Shown: piece after piece, positions 23,600 through 34,500 of the stretch
How positions within the stretch are numbered: position 1 is the stretch's first letter
Layout: each line of letters begins with the position of its first letter
Source of the DNA: Nemertoderma westbladi
Taxonomy: Eukaryota > Animalia > Xenacoelomorpha
Direction of reading: 5' to 3'
NCBI GenBank assembly: GCA_032718475.1
Contig: JAUCBJ010002337.1
Span: 1-56,911 of the forward strand
DNA: 56,911 nt
Program-made: the position numbers and the translations under genes
The notes under the pieces: generated by a model
Told to the model about the DNA's origin: nothing
Databases searched by the model: none
The model's input: the letters and a program-made list of their open reading frames with translations, nothing else

Positions 23600-24765
23600 G
23601 GGGGGGGGGGGGGGGGGGGGGGGGGTATACCAATTGTGGAAGGGTTTGAAAAAGCTTCATTTTTATTCACTATAAAAAAATTAACTTGATGCTAGCAAAA
23701 CTATATATGGAGAAAAAGGCTATAAAATGGACTTTCCATTTCTGTAGTCAAAATACTCGTTTCGGATTGGCTGATGGCAAAAAAGTCTATTTTAATTGGT
23801 TAGTGGTCTAAAACACTACTCCTCATTCAATCTTTGGTGGAATTTGCGGAAACGTACTGAGAACATTCATGAGGTATGTTGCCAAAAAATGCTTTTACAG
23901 AAATTCATATTTCACAAAAATTAAATTTTTAGGGCACTTTTCGGAATTCAAAATTTAGAAAATTGACTTTTTTCATACATATGACTACATTTTTGGTTAT
24001 AAAATGAGAACAAGGTCGAATTTCGAAATTCTGTCAAAGAGTTATAATCTTATTGAGTTAATGACCAGAACAAAAAAAAACAGAATCAAAATCCATTGAG
24101 AAATGTCGGAGGAGTACCGTAGCATTTTGAAAGATTTAGAAATCCCAAAATTTAGAAATAATAAAGATCAGTAAAATACATTTAAGGTTTTTAAACCTTC
24201 CCGCGCAAAATTATCTATCTGACTGTGTAATAATTAAAATGGTAAATTATGCCTCTTAAACAATTAAAGAGGCAAACAACTGGAATTTTCGCTTGGGGGT
24301 TTTTGAGGTTTTTGAGGTTTTTGAGGTTTTTGAGGTTTTTGAGGTTTTTGAGGTTTTTGAGGTACTGTAGGTGATTTCATTTCAGATATTAGTTTTCATA
24401 CTGTGGCAAAATCTAATCTGTTTGTCTGTCACAATGTCCGTTAATGTGTCAATGTCCGTCAATGTCCGTCCGTAAATAGACACACCGGCAGACAGAAAAA
24501 TGATGGACAGACTGTCATGCAGACTTAGTAAAATTGACTTGGGAGATTAAATTACCGAATTAAATTACAGTAAATAGGAATAAAACAAAAGTGTTAGCTG
24601 GATGGGGTGACAGACAGATATAAAATCAGCCATAACTAGAGAAGTAGATTAGATCTTGCCAAGCCGTTTTCAGATTTGAAATCCTCATTAAATTCTGCTT
24701 TAGAAGAGATAAAAATAAAAAAATCTGAAATTTTGACCAAAATTAGTATACCCCCCCTCCCCTTA
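23600..24765. mobile_element. Possible old non-autonomous TIR element
   Basis: Left GGGGGTATACCAATTGTGG matches the reverse complement of the right end, GGGGGTATACTAATTTTGG. TTAA lies next to the right end; the left end is degenerate. Confidence 0.35.
24298..24363. repeat. (GAGGTTTTT)n, about 7 copies
   Basis: Perfect 9-bp tandem array. Confidence 0.95.
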
Positions 24766-25312
24766 AGTCGGCGTGAAGTACACCGTTAAATATAGTAATT
24801 CAATGTTGGGCTACGGTCTGGAATATTTAAACGTGTGCAATAGTACCTCCTGACTAGTGATATGTGCTGGTACTACTCATTAGGCTCTAGGCTGATGAGT
24901 TAATCATTTACATGACTGAATTTCGTTCGTTCATTTAAAAATTGTATTCAAGCAGACGCACATATTGTGCTAATCAATTTATTTACTTAATTATTTTAAC
25001 CAATTTAGTATTATATACGGTACAGGTACGTTGCTGGCTTATTAACTTACTAATTTGGATTATACAATATAATATAATATACAAGGACATATTATCGACC
25101 TGCTCAGGACTAGGATTTCCCATGGTAGGTGATATTAATAGAGACACATTATAACCATAATTATATACAATATAAACTGAACGGCATAACGGTCTCCAAT
25201 CCAAACCTTATGGTAAAATAAAACTGAAATTTATACGTTTGGGAACACGTGATCCAAATTCCATCTCCGCGGATCAATATATCGTCTCAATGATAAAATA
25301 TCACGAAAGGAA

Positions 25313-25491
25313 AAGGAGCAGGTTGCAATGTCACGTTATTCTAACCAAAACAATAAACTAAAGTCAATATAAGAGGCTGCAGTTTTATTTTTAGGAGTAA
25401 TCAGCTGTTATTTGCCTGAATTTTCCCCTGGAGACTGGAGAGGGATGAATTTTGATTGGATCGAAAGCCCCCCCCCCCCCCCCCCCCCCCC
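25313..25491. repeat. Dispersed repeat, copy 2 (ends in poly-C)
   Basis: Homologous to 12099-12266, same orientation. Confidence 0.7.
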
Positions 25492-27514
25492 TTATATAAT
25501 TACTGGGATACAACCCAAAGGCTCCTTGCTCTTGGCATGAAAGGTCAGAATTTATCCAAAAAACACGTCATCTGCAGCATAAAGGAAGTGCCACCTATGG
25601 CTGCATACACCCTCTTACTAACGGCATAATGTGGTCGTGTAACTATTGGACCCCCTTGGTACTGGGTTAAGGACCCATATACTCGCCTGCAGGTATATAA
25701 TATGGCCTAACCACGCAGTTGAATATCAACCAAAGGATGGTCAATAGTCGAGGGCTATTGCCTTCCATTTGAGTGCACTCTACTGCAAACTGCACCTGGT
25801 TGCCGTGCCGCAGGGCAGCGCAGGGCCCAGCAGATGAGCTGCGCATAACCAATTGGCCCCAAATCTAACACAGACTGCGAAGATAATTCTATTTGTTGCT
25901 CTGTCATCTGCTTCATCACTTGCTGCCTCATAACAGATAAAGGGATCATAGCAGAAATAGCGATCGAAATACATTATTTGTACAGTAAAAATAATACTCA
26001 TCCATTGATTCCTTACTTCCTTTTAAAAATATCATGTGCTGATTAGCTCTGTATGTATTTCATGTGGCGATCTCGGAAATTGCATCCCTTGTCCTCGCTG
26101 TTATTCACCGCCTTGCTGTATTGTTAATTTGCTATTCCATCTCAGGCAATCAATATTCACGGAAGTAAGTCCATTCCTACAGTAGGCTATGATGCCAAAT
26201 GCAGCTAAAGTTTTATTAGTACTATATTATTTATTAGTAAACTAATTTGAAATTATCCATGCTGGAAGCTCGGTAGCTTTCAAACTCGTTATTCAAGTAC
26301 ACTCAATAAATACACTATTACGCTTTTAGTTGCATCTTATACATATATTTCTCAGAGTACATATATAGTTTTTTTCTCAACATCACCGGTAGTGTTACAA
26401 TCCTTACAAATCCTACCGCAGCCCTAAGAAGGGCCAGTTAAACCGGGACAATGACCACTAACCATTGTTTGGGAAAGTAACTACTAAATAATCACTAAAA
26501 TGACCACAGCATTGGGCATAAGTGTAAGTGAACAACGATCTTCCCTCAATGAAGAATTCATTTAACTGAAGATCAGCCTTGTTGCCTTGTCACTTTTAAG
26601 ACAATCAATTACAAAGTTAACCACATCCTCAGGGATTGGCTGGTGTAACTCATTTCCCATTAGACTTTTGCTTTCTTCACCATTTATATCACCCAGAGGA
26701 TCAACAGTATCCCTACATCTGGAAATTCCTGACTCACAGAACAAAGATCCAAAAAGTGTGTTTCGAAATCTTCCGCAGTTAATGTAGTCGGTGGCGCTGC
26801 TCGAGATTTTCTAGAAACTTATTATAATAGAGTCCAGAAATTCTTTGAATCAGATTTTATAGTTTGATTTAGATTGTCATTTTCCATTTGTTGAGTTGTA
26901 TACCTTGGGTTACCAACTGCCATTATCCTTGGACACCCTAATTTCCCTCCTTTAAATTTTAAAAAATTTTCAAAGACTTTGGGCAATTCGTTAGTTTTTC
27001 AGCAGCTTATCCACTGTATCATAAGTATAGTAACCTGAAACTAGCTCATCTAGTAAACTATTAATTAGTACTTTCTTTATCCCTATTAAACCCGGGGGTT
27101 AAAATGACCCACCCACCACCCTGTGTTTTTTTTGTTATATCTCTGAGTTGGGAATCTGAAATTTTATGACTTTTCCTAAAAATCTATTGTCTTCGTAATA
27201 GTGAAAACGGTTTTCAAAAATATTGAGAACTTTTCGAGTTATAGCAACATCTTTTAACCCTACTTTTGGCACTATTTTTGAGACGTTTTTGAAAATTACT
27301 TTTAATGAAAATGATTTGTAAACATCTCCATTTTTGAGTTACACCGGTTTTTTGATGCTTGCATTTCGTTGGAATACATATAAACTGTGCTAGAAATTTC
27401 AAACTTGTTTTTTCGGCGTGTGATACCGCGCATTGTTAGAACTAAATCAAAATGTAAATGCGATTTTAAAGAGATCACTGCTAAACCCACCCATATGTCG
27501 GAATACTTTCCATT

Positions 27515-28073
27515 TTATTATCTTGTGGGGCGAGCCACGCAGTCAGGGCGAACCTTAGCGCACAATTATAATTAGTAAATAGGGCAAAATTTCATGGCCG
27601 TCTGTCTGTCTGTCCGTCTGTCTGTAATGAAAAATTCATTCGTAAATAACTTGTGAAGGTTTTAACCATTTTCAACCAAATTTATACTCTTACTCTTACT
27701 AGAGAAAAAGTTCCAATATTTTCGAAAGTTACGGGCAAATACCTCTCGAACTTTTGACTCCAGATCAAATCAAACTTGTTTCGAACTGGCTCAAGTTCGC
27801 GTGCTGCGCGACGCCCCACGAACGTGTAAACTTCAGTTGGTTGTATTATATTAAAAAGTAAACAGACTCCTCTATACATAATCATTATGTTTGTACATTA
27901 ACTATCTGTAGAACTTGTTGACCTTGAATGATTTGAGTACCAGTTGAATTACTGGGACTGTGGGAGTAAACCTTGGGTTAGGAGTAGCGTCCACCCTTGC
28001 CCTACCTTCAGGTAGCAGATAGGAGTAGCGCCCACCCCTACCTTCGGGTAGCAGATAGGAGTAGCGCCCACCC
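27515..28073. mobile_element. Possible Helentron/HINE-like non-autonomous element, left part (continues at 39954 to about 40535)
   Basis: (GTCY)n microsatellite CCGTCTGTCTGTCTGTCCGTCTGTCTGT at about 27598, followed by a core tandem repeat, the layout of DINE/HINE elements. A GC hairpin-like end GGCCTCGGCCGAGTGC lies at about 40511. Confidence 0.4.
27982..28073. repeat. 36-bp minisatellite, left part
   Basis: GGAGTAGCGCCCACCCCTACCTTC(A/G)GGTAGCAGATA, about 2.5 copies, interrupted by element A. Confidence 0.9.
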
Positions 28074-29315
28074 TGTAAAAGCTTTTGCGTAATTAGCCGG
28101 TTATTATCCCCGTAAAGTACTCTGTGGTTGGTTTACCAGGCATAAAAAGGCCGTGTCCTTGCTGTACTGGTGTTTTGGAGGACATAAAAGCCATTTCTTC
28201 TGTATTTGTACTTTAGAGGACATAATCTGTAATTTCGTGACGTAAAAGGCTCGATACTCTTGAAAACAGTGTCGCTACCATGACGACGGCTAACGGCTGA
28301 TATTGCCACGTTGCAACTTTCTGTATCTGCCAATAGAATTTGAGTTAGCTTTGATTTTGACCTATCACAGAGCTACTGAACTGAATTTTCCTATCTCACT
28401 GCTCTTTCTCTGTGTTGAACGGGAGCTTCGTGGAATAAGGGTAGCTGGTATTCTTATAGTTATTCTTATCAGTGTTGTTGGTGATTCTAAGCCAGGAAGA
28501 ACGGCTTTAGAGTATTTTGTGCTTTTATGCTTTAGCCTTACACTAGTAGGCTTAATTATAAGGACATATATCCGTTATCTGCATACTGCATACTGCAGTA
28601 CTGCATACACTGCATACTGTGTAACACTGTGCATACTTTTAGAATTGTTATACTGCTATTTACTGTCAGTTCTTCATAATATGGTTGATGAATTATTATA
28701 TTTGGAATAACGACAAATAACCCCGAAAACCCAATATTCTTGATATACCGAAGGTAAGAGAGAAAGGTTACAGATAAATGATTGCGACCTATGTTGAGTG
28801 GTTTGAAGTGAATCTAATGTTATTTGATAGACCCTACATGATTCGGTCCGTGTTCCTTTTATATGTGACTAAAATCAGTGAAGATCGGCAGATCAGTGTG
28901 CAGTATTGTGCAGCATTGTGTATGAGTGAGACTGATAACGAAGCATTTCCTAAAGAATGCGCCATATATGTGAATTGTAACTAAGCCATATCGTTGTGAG
29001 TAGTTTAAGTCATAACTCTGTTTATATAGATAGAGCGCCACGTCCTAAAGGAACTGTTAATATTCCCTGAAGGTGAATAATATTGTCAGAGATTATATAA
29101 TACTGTCAGTCGAATAATACATTAGGCTTACATAGCAATAAGATTAAGCTGTCGAAATCAATCTCCCGGGTATATCCAACGGGTGAATGATCGCGCACAG
29201 ATTGGTTTCAACTAGTGTAGTGAATCAAATACTTGTTAGAGGCTAAAGCGATTTATTATCTAGAAGACATCCTAATTTGGCGGGTTAAACTGCCAAAGGT
29301 CTGAAAGCGCGAACA
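28074..29315 (+). repeat. Element A 5' LTR
   Basis: Matches 38712-39953 at an offset of 10638. Confidence 0.95.
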
Positions 29316-29327
29316 ATAACGGATATA
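29316..29327 (+). promoter_or_regulatory. Non-tRNA primer-binding site ATAACGGATATA, complementary to LTR 28567-28578
   Basis: No TGG at the PBS position; perfect 12-bp complement to TATATCCGTTAT in the LTR; compensated in copy B. Confidence 0.75.
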
Positions 29328-31557
29328 GCTTCTTTATTGCAGTAAGCAATAAAGTTGAAAGTACCGGTCAACCGGTAAACCTGAACGGTCCATCTGTAGG
29401 TCAGTAGGCCCAACTGCCAGAACCGGTACTGCCGTAGGCCCGTAGGTCCAACTGCCAGAACCGGTACTTCAGTAGGTCGGTACGCCTAACTGTCCTAACC
29501 GGTACTTCCCGTATAAGTACAGCAGTATTATTCGATTTGATTATATATGCCGGTAGGTCTTAATAATTAATCGGGGACGCCTGGTTTTTATTGAGATTTT
29601 ACTTATTTCTGTCAAGTTTTATTTGTTTGTAGGCCAGTATTGAACAGAAGGCGTGTAAGCCTGATCAGATTGTACAGACAATTTGTAGGCTGAGCTGTTG
29701 TCTGATTGCTGTTAAGTCTGAACGGATTGCAGTGTGTGTAGATCACCTGTCCGATTAAGTACGGTTAGGAAGTAGGGGCAGCGAATGCTGTAAGGTAAAC
29801 CCCCAACTAAAGAATAAGTCGTACTACTGGGTTAGAACGCATACTCCCTAATCATTTCGGAGTCTGCATGTCCTGTAGTTTATTTAGGCTTGAGAGTAGT
29901 CTGCCATCGTTTAGTCTGTACTTTGTTTGTGTAAGTCTGTACGGGTAGCGTATAATTTTATTTAGATAATTTGTAGGCTGGATAGTTGTCTGGCTGTTAT
30001 TAGGCCTGAGCGGATTGCAGCGTGTGTAGATCACTTGTCCGATAAAGAACGGTTAGGAAGTAGGGGCAGCGAATGCTGTAAGGTAAACCCCCAATTAAAG
30101 AATAAGTCGTACTACTGGGTTAGAACGCATACTACCTAATTATTTCGGAGTCTGCATATACCGTAGTTTGTTTAGGCTTGATAGTAGTCTGTCAGTGTTC
30201 GGTCTGCATTTTGTTTGAGTAGTTTGTACGCGTAGCGTAATATTTATTATTCAGAGTTTATGCGATTATTCGCAACATTCATTCCCCAAGTTTGTTCCTA
30301 CAGTAATTGTGTTTGTTATACATACCGCTATAGTTAAATTAACCCCAGTACTACACGGGCTGCTTGGCATAGGTAAAGACTGGTGATTTTGTGCATCGGT
30401 CACTCCAGCAGATGCCGTGGTTCTTTTAGCTGTTCAAGTATATTTAACTACTGATTATCTGTTGTACAAGTACTCGTACCTAATTTAGGGTTTAGTGTAC
30501 AGTACTTTCCGAAGTAATTAGTGTAGACATTATATTTGTGTTGTAAAGTGGTTAATAGGCACGTTCGATTAGCTCTATTAACTTCTAGGTAGGAACACTC
30601 CGTGATACATAACGTAGAACCTATAGCGATACGGCTATAGGTCGTCAGGCGGTGGTATTTTTCTATCTGGACAACGCAGTGTATTTACTACTACTTATTA
30701 TTTCAAATACCGTAGTACCCTGTCCGTTGTAATAACCAGAATTCTAACCCTTTGTTAGGCTGGTTTGTAGACTTCTTGTAAAATTACCCTGAAATTCGTA
30801 TTTTGTGTTTTTGTAAATTTTTGTGTTTATTTAGAGATTGTAATCTCAACCCGAATTGTACGTAATTTGTAGTATTAAGTAACTTAGGTAAATTAGAATT
30901 ATTTGTTTTAGTGTCCTATAAGTAACACTTCACTGAAAGCGCACCGCTTTGTGTAGTGATTACTCCCCAGAAATAATAACATTTATTTCAAACATTGACT
31001 AAACCCATTAAAACGGGTATATATATATTATAAATCAAATCTAACGATTTATAAATAGTAGGCCTACCATATAACAATTAGGTCTCAATATCAGTTGGAC
31101 TACTGCTTAACTAACGGCAATAAAGTAAGTTAAAGTAACCAAGTAACCCTAAAATTCAGAAATTCAATTATTTAAAATAATTGATACACCGGTATTTACG
31201 ATAGGCCTATTATCTTATTTCTATAAATTTAGGCTGAAATTATACCGGTGCTTGTAATTAATTCTAGTCCAGAATTATATATACTACAAACTGTAAGCTG
31301 TATACCAGTATTCCCGATAGGCCTATTATATATTTATATATATTTGTGCTAAAATTATACCGGTATTCTGTGATAAACCTAGTCTGTAATAATAGTTATA
31401 TATACTATAAGCATACCGGTATTCTAATATATTATATATATCACGCTACACTGAGTAGCAGTACCGGTAATTAATTACTAGGCTAGCAGTTAATACTGAG
31501 TTACTAGACTTGCTCAGACTGTAATACAGCAGTAGATATTCAACTGTACACATAAGC

Positions 31558-34500
31558 ATGTCTGACGCAAAGCAGAACCTGTCAGACAGTCTACTAGATA
31601 CAACCGAGAGCGAAGTGACAGCAGAGAAACCGCATAAGAGGGATGCCATTGACATCTATCTGTCAGACTATCAACGTTTTTTAGGTAATGACGAGTTGAG
31701 GAGAAGGTTAGAGGGACTTAGCCCTAATAGTGAAGGAACCAAGCTTGTGTTGGATGCCATCGATGTGGAAATGAGGGCTGCGAATCAGGCTAAATTTGAT
31801 GAACAACTCCGCCTGACACGAGTCCAAGAAGAACAAGTAAAGAAAAAACGGATAGAAGATAGAAAGACAGCAGCAGCGGCAGTGGCAGCGGCAGAAGCGG
31901 ATAGAAAAGCGGCAGAGGCAGCGGCAGAGGCAAAAGCGGCAGCGGCAGAGGCAGCGGCAGAGGCAAAAGCGGCAGCGGCAGAGGCAAAAGCGGCAGCTGC
32001 GGCCGAAGCGGAAAGAAAAATAGCAGTAGCAGAAGCAGAACGGAGGGCGGCTGAAGAAACCATCCAATTAGAATTGGAAAACATTCAGGAGAATCAAGAC
32101 TGCATAAATAAACAGTTAACAGCTAGTAATATGCAGATGATGAATCGATCTACTCCCAAAAGACAGGGATATACATCATCTGAGGAAGGCGATACCACCG
32201 ATACTGAAGGCAAAGGAAATAGATCTCGTCTAAGCAGACGTAAAAGAACATTCCACCGTCAGAAATTGCCTGATTTGCCTCCAGCTGTTAGAAGGCAACT
32301 AAATAGCACCAACTTAGGCAGTACAGAACCCACAGACCAAATAATTAAAATAGAAAGACTCCCTACTATAGTAGATGAGCCTGAAATAATTAGGCCTGTT
32401 CTCGAAATCACCCCTTCGGTGATAGACACACCTGTGCTCCCTGAAGTTACCTCTAAATTCCCTCTGCATAGCACTAAGCTACCTGTGCCCCGTAGAACTG
32501 CCCCAGAGACAGTTCAAGTCCTGGATCCCGAGCGAAATATTCATAATTTGTCGCCCGTTGTCCCTCGTCCGCCCGCTACAATGTTGGCGACTCCCGCTTC
32601 GGCGGTCGAATGGGTGGACGAGAGACGGCGGGGGATGGATATCCTGCTCGGGCAGATGCAGGAGACTGTCCAGCAATTCAAGGGCACAGTAAGGGAAAGT
32701 AGGCTAGAGTTGCAAGAAGTGCAGCAAAGTATCGCGCTCGAACGCGATAAATTAGTAAATACCCAAAAGGGTATACCACCACCCTCTGTAACAATGTGTC
32801 AACCTGTTAGGTCTGAAGTATCGCATGCGCAAGGTGTGGAGCCTACACGCATATATACTGCTAGCGAAGTAGAAACTCCTATAGTGAACCCTATTAAGGG
32901 TAATTATAGACTTGTTGATAATGATATTCCACATAGAACTGATCATAATCCGAGAAATTTATATACCGATAACTTGATATTAAATAACACGATGGCCCAA
33001 GAAAGTTTTACGCGTCAAATGGCTAGAACCGAAGCCCGGCAAGCGGTAAAGGTGGGAGAGATCGTCAAGTTCAATGGAGATGAGATGAAATGGTTACCTT
33101 TTAATGAATATTACAAAGATAACATACAGAACTCTGTACTATCTAATGGAGAAAAACTTAGATACCTCATCGAGTGCTTGGAAGGATCTCCCAAGTTAAT
33201 GGCGTTAAGGTTTATTGGACATCCAGACGGATTAAGACAAGTTTGGGATACACTAAACATCAGGTATGGTAATAGGAATAACATAGCTGGGTATTTGTAT
33301 GCAAAGTTGGTAGCGCCCCGAAAGTTTATTAGCAGCGGGATTATAGAGTTTTCCGATGAAATTCAGGAGATCTGCAGACAATTAGATTGGCTAGGTAAGT
33401 CTCATGAGTATCAGAGTGCTATGGTTATTAGAGCAGTGGCTTCTACTTTACCGAAGGGTGGAGTAGGTACACGCTGGGATAAGAAAGTGTTATATATGAT
33501 GGAACAACAACGACGAGACCCTACCATGGCTGATCTCATGTCATTCTTAGATGGAGAAGTGAAATTACAGCTCCTAAGGCAGTCCAGAGAGAAGACATTG
33601 GAAAACAAGGTAAGTGAGAAACCCGTTTCTAGGAGAAGGGTAACACCAGTATGTTATACCGACGACGGTGAAAGCCAAACTTCTCAAGGAGAGGACAGCG
33701 GAAAAGACACTGACAGATCTTATTATGTCAATAAAATGCCTAAAGATCAGGTAAGTAAATCCGAGTCTCGACCCAATGACAGAAGGGAACCGGTACAAAA
33801 AACCCTTCCTACGTCTCCTAAAAGAATTCAGGTGAGAAAGCCCGAGGAAAGAACAAGTGTGCACCACATAGCACAGGTTAAAGTAAGTAACATCAAGCCG
33901 AAATGTGTGCTGTGCGACGGGCCCCACTGTTTAAATGCGTGTGATAAATTCCTGAGGAAATCACTAAAGGATAGACGTGAAGTCATGTGGGATAAGCGGT
34001 TGTGTTATAATTGCCTCAGACGAGGACACCAACGGCGAACCTGTTACTCCGACGCAAGGTGTGCAAAGTGCGGCGCAAAACATCATATCTTGTTGCACAC
34101 GGAATTCGAACGAAACAGCCCGAGTCAGGTAAGTGAGTCCGAACTACATGTCCAATTCAGTGATGTGAACGACACTGATCAATCTGAGATGGAAGGATTC
34201 TATACGGACGAGTTCTCCGACGAAAACGAATCCTGTTACTTAATAAACACCACCGCAGTGTATCGAGCACTCAAGTATGAGAAAGACACAGACAGTGACC
34301 TCACCCTAACTACTTCAGATCAACAACCATCTTGGAAAGCGCCAACTTCCAATGTAGGAATCCGAGAATTTCCTGTAGTCCAGTTACGGGTCCTCGGACC
34401 TCAGAAGAGCTATATAGTGAACGCCCTCCTGGACTCCGGCAGCACGGGAACATTCATCGATAGGGAACTAGCCGAGGACATCTTTGCTGGACAACCCAAG

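Noticed and set aside
25500-26800. Protein-like minus-strand fragments (also 20200-20860)
   Set aside because: Probably decayed transposon genes, but I could not recognise any diagnostic motif.
28133-29041. Small LTR ORFs (135 aa hydrophobic in A; 116 aa in B at 43845 and 55677)
   Set aside because: They recur only because LTRs are duplicated; frames are not conserved between A and B, and the main ones start at non-ATG codons.
29763-29853. Passing resemblance to lariat-capping/group I ribozyme or HCV IIId motifs
   Set aside because: Only short words match; the catalytic core and neighbouring IRES domains cannot be built. Kept only as an unassigned structured RNA.
31860-32055. Ala/Glu/Lys low-complexity repeat and its antisense ORFs
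   Set aside because: Coiled-coil-like expansion within Gag, shorter in B; not a separate gene.
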